From Nemertoderma westbladi (taxonomy: Eukaryota > Animalia > Xenacoelomorpha), in the NCBI GenBank assembly GCA_032718475.1, contig JAUCBJ010007102.1:1-39866 (forward strand): a stretch of DNA of 39,866 nucleotides, read 5' to 3'. Shown here in pieces: positions 23,850 through 35,589 of the stretch. Position numbers and translations under genes: made by a program. Each line of letters begins with the position of its first letter. The first letter of the stretch is position 1. The notes below the pieces were generated by a model, which was given only the letters and a program-made list of their open reading frames with translations, ran no database searches and was not told where the DNA came from.

Positions 23850-24533
23850 TCACCCTGTCCCCCCCCCCCCCACCGGTATGTTTAGTACTGGGGAAACAGT
23901 TTGCCCTAATGGGTTGAAAATATCACCCCTAACTCTTATACTATCATCCGTTTTTTGTTGAAAGTCTAAAAGAAGGTGTGTGAATGGTTTTTTGTGTGGC
24001 ATCGCTATATGCTTGAACAATAAAATTGCTATTTTTTGGGTACACTCGCGCCGCGCTATATAACTTATTTGACTTGCGTCGCGGGGATTTTTTGCGAAAA
24101 TACAATATTGGGCATTTAGACTTCTAGTCCGTGTTTCTGCCCCTTTACTGAAAAAATTTTGTATTATATAGATAATGAAACAGGAAGTATGATGGCAGGT
24201 TTTTGTGAAACTTTCTGTCAAACTCTCGTCACTCTTACTTTCGCTTAACAAGTCGTCAATAATAATTAGATCGTTTTCGCGGAAAATAGAATTAATTTTT
24301 TGCGGTAAACCTTTGAATAGATGTGTTATACCGGGGAATTCAGGCGGGGTGGCACCATAAAAGAATAATACACGCTTTGGGGTTATATCAAAAACTAAAT
24401 TTTTTACAATTTTTGATACCAGCACTGTTTTTCCGGAAGAACTTGGACCCGCAATAATCATGGCTGAACCCATCTTGAAAGAGGCATCGTATGATGTGAT
24501 TGGTTCCTGTGATATCGCCAGCTCTCGGGACAT
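23850..24533 (-). pseudogene. Polinton/Maverick A32-like DNA packaging ATPase (C-terminus disrupted)
   Basis: Walker A GPSSSGKT, Walker B LIIIDDL, and family motifs FTKTCHH, IQNFF, TRSLNAQY, KNPRDASQI. Confidence 0.9.
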
Positions 24534-24550
24534 TGTTGATAGGTAGCCAC

Positions 24551-25012
24551 TCAGTATATGGGAAACCTAGAAACTTGAAGGTTGACGCGTGTACCAGAGG
24601 TACTAGGCCTATACCCCCGACAGGATTGGGCTATTTTTCTGCCTCTTACAGCCGTTATTATGGGCGATATTTTCTGATAAGCATTAAGCCCGCTCATTAA
24701 ACCAAAGATTAGTAAATTTATAAATCCGCCCCGCTGCACCAATCGTTTACGGTAAATTCGAATAGGATATTTGGCTGTTGGTTTTTTAGCAATCTCTCGT
24801 ATAGTTTTTTTATGACGTTTTAGCCTCGCGACTGTTTGCTTAGGAATTTTTACGTTACCATTTAATACATTTAGAATAATATTAATTAGAAAACTTATAA
24901 GTTCATCGGTTCCACCAATGCGTAAGTAAGTTTTTCTATGGTTAAGGGAGGCGTTAGATAAGAACTTTAAATCCCCATCAAATTGTTTAATTAAAGCTTT
25001 GAGTGATTTCAT
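24551..25012 (-). CDS. Polinton small basic protein with QRGGF motif (core-protein/pVII-like)
   Basis: K/R-rich, with ILNVLNGNVKI...LKRHKKTIREIA...LVQRGGFINLL. It lies 17 bp upstream of the ATPase on the same strand. Confidence 0.72.
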   Translation of the reverse strand: MKSLKALIKQFDGDLKFLSNASLNHRKTYLRIGGTDELISFLINIILNVLNGNVKIPKQTVARLKRHKKTIREIAKKPTAKYPIRIYRKRLVQRGGFINLLIFGLMSGLNAYQKISPIITAVRGRKIAQSCRGYRPSTSGTRVNLQVSRFPIY

Positions 25013-25489
25013 TACATATATTATATGTATATTATATTAATAACATATATAAACGAGAACAATAATAGTAAGTATTAAAACACCGCCAACGTTATAAATA
25101 GTATCGAGTATATGCACGGGTGGGGTAAAACCGAGCAATTATAGAAACCAGCACTCTTTAAAACCTAACATCAATAATTAATAAAATACATTATATAATG
25201 CGAACAATGAATTAAGTTTGACATACTGACTGACAGAAAGACCGACAAATAGACAGATAGACTAGATTTATGTAAATGTAAACCGACATCAGAAATGAAA
25301 TTGACGCCCTTGACAACCTAAGACTTCCGATAAAACACGTTATATATAATGTGAATAATGGTAATATCCGCGTTTATTTAAAAACCTAACGAGATCCCAC
25401 CGGACAAACCTAAAACTGGCACCAGAAATGAAAAAATTAAATATTTCAACCATTAAATAATATTAAATATCTACTATTAAATAATATCT

Positions 25490-26017
25490 GGACGCTTGCA
25501 CACAACGTCGGGCTGACTTCTCCCCTTTGGTTACCACAGTAGATGGCGTTCTGGGTACAGAGTACTCCATGGTCCTCCGCCACCTGGCTGAGTTCCTCAG
25601 TACCAAGTGGGATAAACCCTACTCCCAGGTAATGTGCTGGGTTCAAACCAGACTGTCGTTTGCGACGCTGAGGGCCACCTGTGCCTGTTTTAGATCATCC
25701 AGGTCACGTTGGCGGTGCTCAGGTGTAACGGATGGAGCTGCACTACCTCGATTTACACTCGAGAACTAGACACTTCCTGCAGCTGGTATTGAATAGTTTG
25801 CATTTTCAGGTTGTACAGTTTGCTGTGTCATCAACACTATTTTACTACAGCTATATATGTTTGTCTTCTGTCTTTCCTCCACTTTTTGGCCATATTTGAT
25901 TAATATTCTGTGCAGGTTATTGTTATTGTTATTTACCATGGAAATGTAATACTGAAGTACAGTAGTTAATATATCTAAACATAGTTAACAAGTTAAAAAA
26001 AAAAAAAAAAAAAAAAA
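25490..26017 (+). mobile_element. 5'-truncated non-LTR retrotransposon (CRE-like RLE clade): ORF C-terminus, 3' UTR and poly(A)
   Basis: FSPLVTTVDGVLG...LAEFLSTKWDKPYS...RLSFATLRATCACFRSSR resembles the C-terminal end of the restriction-like endonuclease region. A poly(A) tract lies at ~25995-26017. Confidence 0.78.
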
Positions 26018-26189
26018 TATTTCTACCTAAATTACTATCTAAATTACCAATAAAATTCAAAAACTTTGGAAAAAATGCTCGAAATATCCCGGGTCTTGCC
26101 ATACACACAACATTTCATGTGTAAAAAACGCAAAATGTTATGATATTAGAACTAGTTTTACCCCGACGATAAAACTGCACAAGAATATT

Positions 26190-26769
26190 TGTGACGGGAT
26201 CAGGGGATCCCGACCAGTTTGTTCGTGTTACGCATCACCGTGTGGTTTGTTGCAAAAGGTAATAGTTCATTGTTGTCGCTCTGATACTGATGTGGAATAT
26301 ATTGATATAATATATGTGATAGCAAAATGGACAATAACAGTATAAGTCAGATAATGAATATTACCGGTACTGGCGGTGACGGTACAAGAATGTCACCGAT
26401 CTGCTCTAGATGACTGACTGAGATAACTGAGTGATAATATAATAACTGATAATATATATATTCACCCTTACTCTACTGTGGCCTTGGTACCTAGCGGATG
26501 CTCTCGTCCCTGTCCCTGATTGTATAGTATACTAATTCTCGGCTCCCACCTCTGTGGGAGTGTTTCCCCCCCGATGCTGTTACTTTCCCTCTCCCAAGAG
26601 GTTTGACCTATAACCTGTTTTGTGTGACTCTTTGGGGCCGTGTGTTGTCCCCGTTATTGGGGGTGATACGAGGTTGATTGTAATCAACCTCGTACTCCCC
26701 AATATTGCTTAAAGGCGCCACTTCCCAACTTTATGGGGGCTATGTGAGGCGGAATTAAATCCGCTCACA
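26190..26769 (-). mobile_element. Solo LTR (BEL family, related to 19464-20037)
   Basis: TGTGA...TCACA termini and a perfect 5-bp TSD ATATT (26185-26189 and 26770-26774). Confidence 0.92.
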
Positions 26770-26867
26770 ATATTATTAAATATCTCCGGCTCATATTTCA
26801 CCTCCACATTATAATAATTATCTAAAAAATGAAACCCAGCCGTTTTCATTAATTTCCTATAGTCTAT

Positions 26868-27598
<731 letters not shown>

Positions 27599-29708
27599 GA
27601 ACGTGTCTAGATTGTTAATAATATAAGTTTGGCTGTTGATTGAAATAAAAGTTAGTTTATAATCAGTATGCTTATATATATACTTAATAATTTTTTTTAT
27701 TTTAGGCGATTTACCGAGTACAGTGACCTTACTGCTCGGGAAAAAGAGACACGTCCCTCCGCAAATTTTGGCGATATATTGAAAAGGCTTTAAGATGAGT
27801 TTTCCATTTCGAATTCGTTTAGCCAGCACATCGAATGATATGCACCCATCAACCAACCTCAAACTTACATTACTGTTGACAACACTAAAAGACATCGCAA
27901 TCCGCTATTCTATAATGGGCGGTATATAAAGCTTAGGGGCTGGCGCTTTACGATCCAAATGTGTTTTATAATGGCCGTAAGGTAGACTTTCATTAGTCGA
28001 TGTGTAGTATCTTTTATCTTCCCACAGTGCAACACACTGTAAAAAAAAGAATCCGTGTCCCCACCTAGCAAATTTATACTACAATTTAATTTGGCTTCCA
28101 GGGGCATTAATTTCTCGTAGAAGAAACTGTAATAATCTAACTTCGACAGGTCCAATACAGCTTGGCCTAAAAAAATAGGTTTTTGCAAACAGATAGGACG
28201 TGACCTGATAATGAATCAGTGAACATAATTAAATTTTCATGATTCGGCTTGGATAATAATAAGTCACATTTCTCGATTGAATTACATAAGCAAAATGAGA
28301 CACGGTCCCGTATATTCTCCATGCTTTTCCCGAAAAGCGCGTTATTTGTTCCTTTATGAAACTTATCATAAAAGTCATTGCTTGCTATTTTTCTTTGCCG
28401 AATATTCAATAAAATTCTTAAAAATGTAACCTTGCTTAAATCTAATAAGTTTATGAACTTTAATCAAGCGCATACCATGATTAATATAAAAGTGCAATAA
28501 TTTTAGATGCACACCGTACTCATACTTATCAAATTGGGTTAACATCAATTTTTTCGTTGAACTATTGAAAATTTTATCACCATTATAAATGTCGCCAAAG
28601 ACTTTTCATGTTTGGACTGAGATACCTACTATCGAGTTTAACATGCTCCGGCGCAAATGGAAGCTCGGCTGTGGCATCATGAATAGTCGTTGGGTATTCG
28701 AGGTCTACTACAACAAAATATCCGTATATATCGTCAATTTCCAGACTCATGATATCGACACTATCAACATCCAACCATTCAAAGTCAGAATAAAGAAGTT
28801 TCTCCGACAATGAACCGCTATATAAACTGTTGAAATCTAAATTATATAAATGAGCTTCAGGTTTATTAGGGTCGTATGTTTCTGTGCCTGGTATATTCGC
28901 ATTTGTCATATGAAGGTTGGTGTAAGAAACTCCACCCATAATGGAATTTTCGAATGTTAAATACATTTCATGGTCTGCAAGTAGACGAATATGCGACTTG
29001 GAAAATCTCAAAGCCGCGTCCCAACTAACCCCTGCCATCGTGTAATAGTTCGAGACCTCAAGCGAATAATGTTTAGTACAATAAGCGCGAAAATTTTCAA
29101 AAATATCGGCTAGTAGCAACACGTGAAGATGTAAGTAAGCTTCCAAATAATCAAAAAGTGTCTCACATTCAAATTGTTCCCACGAAAGATGAGCAAATGT
29201 ATATTCTTCAGGGCTATTAGATGACAATGTTAATCCACTGTAAAACTCTTTCGGATGCGGTTCGGATTGATTTGCTGGTTGGGAGCCCTCTTACGTCCTT
29301 TTCCAGAATAGCATAACCGAGCACGCTAAGTGCTTCTGACATTGGAATATCTATGCGAAGTGAGATATATCTTTCAGTATTTTTTGCAATGGTTTTAATG
29401 TTCCAGTTTTTATATTTACTACCAGCAAACCCTTTTTGTAAAATTAAATGTGAATCATAAAAAAAAATAATGACAGACAACTGGGAATAGGTGACGTTTA
29501 ACACTTAATTGTTTATTACAGGAAATACATGCCGCCCCAATGAAAGCCCCCTTGTAATGGTTGTGATGCATTACACTTGGATTTATATCTTCCCGAAAAA
29601 ATGATTTACAATTAAAGCAATGTGTGGTACACATATAAGCTTGGTATTGTGTGCGATCCAGGTGTTTGGGGTGGTGTGTGTTAAAGGTAGACCATTCATA
29701 ACACTTAA

Positions 29709-31295
29709 CCCTATTAGTACCGGGCTATAAAATGTTGTACAAATACCGGGAGGGGTCATATTGACCCCACACCCCCCCCCCCCCCCCCCCCCCCCTCTAA
29801 AATCTACAAATATTTACGAAAACGTCTGATTTTTTGATTGTACGTAGGTATCACTTGTCTGGATCCGACCGAAAAAAAAAATTTTCGAAAAAATTTACTG
29901 GGGTGGTTATATTGCAGCACCAAAATTACAAGTAGTGCACAAATTTCACCAAATTTGAAAGTTACATTTTCGGCTAATTATTTTTCAATACAGGTTTTCT
30001 GGGGTGCAAAATACATTGGAAAATATTAAAAAATGATATGATTACTATAAATGGCTGTTTAGTACTCTCAGCGTAGGAAAAAAATGAAAAAAACAAGTAA
30101 CCAGCACTTTTCAGTTAGAACAAAAAATTTTTAATTCACTTATACGATGCTATAAATTCACATTTTCAGGTTTTCGAGGGCGCTGATTCTAATGGAATAC
30201 ATTTCTAATATGCCAGATCATTGCTACTTGTATTTTTCGGCGTAATTTGGCAAATTTTGGTGCTAGCACCAAATTTCGTACCCATCACCAAAAAGTACAA
30301 GTTTGCGATGTCCAGTGCTGTTTTTATTGATTCCATCGGATTCAGGACCCTCATAAACCCGTATAACGCAAGAAACAAGGTGATACAGTACTATCTACTT
30401 ATCAATTTGCGTATTTTCCAAAATTTGGTGCTGGCACAACAATTTTCACCCACCGGCGAAAAATACAAGTTTGAAAACTCTTATGAAATTTTTACTGATT
30501 CCATTGAATTCAGAACCATCACAAACCCGTATAACGCAAGAAACAAGGTGACACAATCAATTGATATATTTGATGGTTTTCAAAATTTGGTGCTAGCACC
30601 ACATTTTGCACCCACATCCGAAAAATACAAGTTTGAGATGTCTAGTTCGATAATTATATTTTCCATTGAATTCAGAACAGCCATAAACCTCTAAAACGCA
30701 AGAAATAAATTGTCACAAGCAATTTTATCTATTGAATGGATTTTCAAAATTTCGGGCTAGCACCAAAATTTGCACACAGCACCGAAAAATACAAGTTTGA
30801 TACGCTTGGTGCAACTCGTATATATTTCATCAAATCCAGAAACCCAGAAAAACCCCAATTTCGTAAAAAACAAGTTTCAAACGTTCAATTTACAAAATTG
30901 ACTTATTTCAAAATTTGGTGCTGGCACCAAAATTTGGCACCCACCGAAAAAAACAAGTTTGAAATTTCTAAATCAATTTATATGAATTCCATTAAATTTC
31001 TAACACCAAAAAACCGGTGTAAATCAAAATTAGAGATGTTACAATACATATTTAATGAAATGGAATTTTCAAAAAACGTCTCAAAAAAAGTGCCAAAAGT
31101 AGGGTTAAAAAATGGTGCTATAACTCGAAAAGTACCCAATATTTTTGAAAACGGTTTTCACTACTAGGAAGACAATAGATGTTTAGGAAAAGTCATAAAA
31201 TTTCAGATTCCCAACTGCGTTTGTTTCAGAATTATAATAAAAAAACCACGGGAGGGGGTCATATTGACCCCCCCCCCCCCCCGGGTTTAATAGGG
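29709..31295. mobile_element. piggyBac-like non-autonomous transposon with TTAA TSD
   Basis: TTAA-CCCTATTA...TAATAGGG-TTAA. The subterminal palindrome GGGGTCATATTGACCCC occurs near both ends, and polymerase sequence resumes on both sides. Confidence 0.9.
30245..31060. repeat. ~165-bp degenerate tandem repeats (about 5 copies) inside the piggyBac-like element
   Basis: AAATTTGGTGCTRGCACCAAAATTT...AAAATACAAGTTTG recurs near 30252, 30421, 30583, 30748 and 30911. Confidence 0.85.
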
Positions 31296-31618
31296 TTAAA
31301 TAAATAAAAAACCAGACTATCGGTAAAATTCTGTACCGAGTTATTATCGATATTTTGTCTAAATGTAGACAACAAATAATTTGGTGGGTTAATTAATTCG
31401 CTATTGGGGACAATCAAATATGAAGCGGCCGACGGGAGATGTTCGGCTATATAATATTTTTTCACATTATTTGTTGGGGCTAGTACCACTTAGAAATCCG
31501 TATATACTATAAAATGTATACTCACAGACTTATAGTAATTAAGTTGCAATAGAGTTAAAATTACTAAGACGAGTTGGTAGAATGTTGAAACCATAATAAA
31601 ATGAGTTTACAATGCAAG

Positions 31619-31658
31619 TACGGACGTTTCGTTATTTACTAATAACATCATCAGCGTA
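31619..31658 (-). ncRNA. Minimal type I hammerhead ribozyme of a Penelope-like element
   Basis: Minus strand: TACG-CTGATGA-TGTTATT-AGTA-AATAAC-GAAA-CG-TC-CGTA. It has the conserved core, stem I TACG/CGTA, stem II GTTATT/AATAAC and a palindromic minimal stem III. Confidence 0.85.
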
Positions 31659-31766
31659 AATAAACGGCACAAACGGACAATAAAACAGTTATACAATTAA
31701 ACCTAGTGTAGGACTACAACAAAAGTTCAAATTACCCGCCAATTCCTAACAAGAAGTACTGTAAGC

Positions 31767-33790
31767 TCAAAACAAAAATAAGCGAAAAGATGATTCTTGG
31801 ATGTTGAGAGAAGGTCTGTATTTTCGAATTAGTATGCTTTCCTTAATTAAGATGTCATAACTGTTCGAAGCACGGGAGAATATTGAAAAGTCATCATAAT
31901 GTACACTATGATTTGTTTCAAGTGAGTGATCACGTATAGCTGAGTGCTTGGGTGCGACAGGTTTTCCCGTGCGGGGTGATAACCCTAGATGCTCCGACAC
32001 TCTGACCTTATAGTGGCGTATTGATTTGCCAAAATAAGTGGCCGTACAGCCACTGCACTTAAAATTATAAATGGTCAGGGGACGGAGCTCTGAGGGTAAT
32101 TTATCCTTAAACGGGAAAAAGCTACTTAAGCGACAGGAGGGAAGGGAGATAATTCTCAGTTCCACTGATGGGAAAGCCTTAGATATAATACGGAGTCGTT
32201 TATAAAGTAAATGTGACTGGGAACCCAAATATGGCAAGCATACGGTGGCCCATAACGGCCACCGCTCCTCTCACACACAGGTCACCCACACAAACATCAT
32301 TCTTAATTTTATAGTGTGTGTGTGCGTGGCATAGTGTGTGTGTAGGTGGCATAGTGTGTGTGTGGGTGGCATAGTGTGTGTGTGGGTGGCATAGTGAGTG
32401 TGAGGGGGGGTGTGTGTGTGCGTGGCATAGTGTGTGTGTGTGCGTGGCATAGTGTGTGTGTGGGTGGCATAGTGTGTGTGTAGGTGGCATGGTGTGTGTG
32501 TAGGTGGCATAGTGTGTGTGTGCGTGGCATAGTGTGTGTGTGGGTGGCATAGTGTGTGTGTGCGTGGCATATGTCCCAGTGTCCGAGTGGATACAGCGCC
32601 TGACTGCTTTCACAATAGTGTTTGCGGCGCATGTTCAAATCCGACTTAAGGCTGTAGAAATTTTGCACCGTGGTGTTACTAGGCAAGGCACTTTAGACTT
32701 AGTGCTACGCCAACCCAGCAGTATAATGGGAACCTGGCTTTGCTGGGGAAAAAATAATGCAGGCGCTCTGATAAAGGGTATGTGGCCCCTAAGGGTGCCT
32801 GAAATAACAAATATAAATGTTAAATTTATTTTTTTATAGTGAGTGTTTACATCATTTCATTATATCAGGTTAATTCAATATGTCGATGTATCTAAGATCT
32901 GGTATAGGTGAGTAAAAAATGGCAATGAAAGTATATGAAATATTTGAGAATTAAATTAATGTTGTTAAAATTACAGCAATAACATTGACCCAGATACCTT
33001 GGTATTAATAGTCTAGCTAATTGTTTAGTTTTATTAGATTAATAAAAGTGTTCCAAAACAATTCCTGTTTGTATTATTCCCAATGCAAACAGATACTTCA
33101 GAAAATGTGAAGGGCTTCTGTGTGGTTTCGTGGTGGGTACTGAAATCCATAGTTTGCACACACGTACATGCAATAAGCATGGGTGTTTTCTGGAATCGAG
33201 ACATCAGTATTACCCAGATCTCCATTTACTGTATCAATATGTAGCCTATTCACTCTGAGTTCTAAATCAGCAACTCCTCCTCGTGGAGTTGGAACGTAAT
33301 AATTCACAAGTGGTCTGCCTGAAACTGTGTAAAAACGTGACCTACGTATGTAATGCGAATTCCAGTTATTGCAAATATCGCACATAATAATCGCACACAC
33401 ACACTATGCCACCCACACACACACTATGCCACGCACACACACACTATGCCACCTACACACACACCCATGCCACGCACACACACACTATGCCACCCACACA
33501 CACACTATGCCACCCACACACACACTATGCCACCTACACACACACTATGCCACGCACACACACACTATAAAATTAAGAATGATGTTTGTGTGGGTGACCT
33601 GTGTGTGAGAGGAGCGGTGGCCGTTATGGGCCACCGTACAAGCACAACAGCACGCGTTTCTTGGGTACTGTAGTAACTAGAGGTTTAACAGGCCCAACTA
33701 ATTTAATAAGGGTGTCTCCAATAAGATCCCGGACAAAATCTACGGGATATCCATTACGGCATAGTAGGTCAGTTAAATATTCCTATATAT
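31767..33790 (-). pseudogene. Penelope-like element 3' fragment: RT C-terminal region and GIY-YIG endonuclease, split by the insertion at 32241-33638
   Basis: LLCRNGYP...VPKKRVLLCL|PYLG rejoins in frame after removing the insertion and one TSD copy. Also IYNFKCSGCTATYFGKSIRHYKVRVSEH and IKESILI...PSLN. Confidence 0.88.
32241..33638. mobile_element. Non-autonomous foldback-type DNA transposon, IS3EU-like
   Basis: Termini TACGG...CCGTA, a 6-bp TSD CAAGCA, and long TIRs made of a ~70-bp unique end plus an inverted ~20-bp minisatellite (CACACACACTATGCCACCCA). Confidence 0.82.
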
Positions 33791-34098
33791 TCCATCCCCC
33801 GAATGATATACTGTTTTGTTTACTAGAGTTATAAAAATTATGTAATAGTTTTAATTATGAGTATTATTATCTAATTGTTTTCTTCAAATTGAAGCAGATG
33901 GGGTTGAATATTATTGATGCAATCAAAATTTATACCTCTCCAGGGGAAAATCGACATGCGTCGACCTGTATTCTGTGTTCAGCATTACATATTGATAAAC
34001 TAGTTACATTTCCTGGTTACTTGCATTATATAATATTATAGTAGTTGTTATATTAATTTGGGAGAGAGGGGTGGAAACTGGACGAATCAATTGGCGAA

Positions 34099-34256
34099 TC
34101 AATGTTAAATTCTCAATTTAGGGAAAGGAGCAGGTTACAATGGCACGTTATTTTAACCAAAACAATAAACTAAGCACAATAGAATAGGTTACATAGTTTT
34201 ATTTGTTAGAATTATCAGCTGTTATTTGCGTCGAATTTCACCTGGAGAGGGATGAA
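34099..34256. repeat. Short dispersed repeat, copy B
   Basis: Homologous to 16755-16909. Confidence 0.8.
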
Positions 34257-34370
34257 GATGACAGACATTAGGATGGGAACACGAACACACCATATTATCC
34301 TTCCCCTATTCATTTCAATGGTAGCCAGCTTGTCTTTCCCGCACTGGGGGTAGACCATTAGTAGTAGGGT

Positions 34371-34675
34371 CTTCCTCCTCTCTGTGACAGTTGGACCCCA
34401 CTGACACCCATTGGGTGTCATATGACACCCAATTATCACCCTATGGGTGTCATTGGGTGTCATTGGCGCCAGACTGTCTGGGTGACACCTCCCAATTAGG
34501 CTAATTAGACCCTAATTGACAGGTGTCATCAATTAATTAGTACAATTAAACCCTAACAGGTGTCATATGACTCCTAATTAGGGTTTAATTGATTATCCTA
34601 ATTAATCAGACTGATTAGCGCCCTGACACACAATGGGTCATCAGTGTTGTCCAACTGTCGCAGAGAAGGGGGAAG
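34371..34675. mobile_element. MITE-like element
   Basis: ~26-bp imperfect TIR (CTTCC..CTCTGyGACAGTTGGAC), apparent 5-bp TSD AGGGT, and internal TGACACC/GGTGTCA motifs. Confidence 0.6.
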
Positions 34676-35309
34676 AGGGTGTCATAAGTGACACCGCAGC
34701 TCTTTTATTCATTAATACCTATTTATTTATATTTAATTTTAATTAATTATTTGCATTTTATTTTATTCGTATTTAATTCTAAATTAATTATTCATTTGTA
34801 CTTTATGGGTATACAGCTCCCTTACTGGTAACTAATTACTCTTATCTATATCCAGACAGCTTTATCGTTGACCTTTGACCTTTGACCCCCCAATTAGCTT
34901 TAACCAAGCAACAGCATATTAATGATAGTTGTATCCAAGCGCCCCCTGCCCCCCACCCCGTGACAGCTCTGATTACTAATTACTCGTACATATATCCAAC
35001 CGCCTGCAGTTCCATAGTCTGCTGCTAGAGGGTGTATTATCTGAAAATTAACATCTTCTCTAACTTTGTTATTTTCAATTTATCTATTTATTTGTACCTA
35101 ATTTTACTTTATTTATTCATTTGTATTTTATTTTAAATTAATTAATTGTATTACTTTTATTTTATATATTGATTTCTATTTTTAGATTAACTAGTTTTTA
35201 TATTACCAATGAGATCACTATGACATAATGTCTATTTTTAGCTCTATGGTTTATAGTTCCCTTATCGTTAACTTTATAATCTTTCCTCTCGCGGCCCCTT
35301 TGTCTTCGT

Positions 35310-35480
35310 TATTCAATGGCGCCATTCTGTCTACCATTGAATAACATTGGGCAATCATTATCTCGCCTGATGTGACGTCATCAAAGCTGCTCTCTGATTG
35401 GTTTAATTATACAGTCTTTTCTCCCTCCTGTTCCCTGATTGGCTAACCCATTCTAGCCCCCTCTATAATAGCCCCCGTTC
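35310..35480 (+). promoter_or_regulatory. Putative Pol II promoter of the 569-aa ORF
   Basis: YY1-like AATGGCG, CRE TGACGTCA (35373-35380), two inverted CCAAT boxes (CTGATTGG at ~35395 and ~35436) and TATA-like TATAATA (35464-35470). Confidence 0.6.
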
Positions 35481-35589
35481 ACCACATTCCCAATCATTGT
35501 CTCTTTGTTTTCCTGAAAAGTTTTAATTATTTTCGTAAAAGTATTTATTTATTTTTATTTCCTAAACGAGTTACCGGTACACAATCACG

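Larger units (their letters stand above)
27905..31520 (-). pseudogene. Polinton protein-primed family B DNA polymerase, frameshifted, with deletions and an insertion at 29705-31299
   Basis: Motifs occur in the expected order across frames: IVYTDF* (Exo I, ~31500), H-N-H zinc region (~29570), YDSHLI, VLLLADIFENFR, LDFNSLY, NNALFGKSMENIR, KPIFLGQAVLDLSK, GDTDSFF, terminal SLPYGHY. Confidence 0.92.

Noticed and set aside
1254-23961. Many short plus-strand ORFs overlapping the gag and pol genes
   Set aside because: They are antisense shadows of long minus-strand ORFs with no independent motifs.
26190-26769. 5' LTR of the element at 19464-23875, which would mean a retroelement had captured Polinton genes
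   Set aside because: It has its own ATATT TSD on both sides, interrupts the TBP-like frame and is clearly diverged from the 3' LTR, so it is an independent solo LTR.
30221-31167. ORFs in the piggyBac-like element as a transposase
   Set aside because: They translate the 165-bp tandem repeats and show no DDD transposase motifs.
32241-33638. Tc1/mariner MITE with a TA TSD
   Set aside because: CAAGCA is duplicated outside the TA, and only the 6-bp TSD model restores the Penelope reading frame.
32200-33673. His/Thr-rich ORFs
   Set aside because: They are artefacts of the CA-rich minisatellite in the TIRs.
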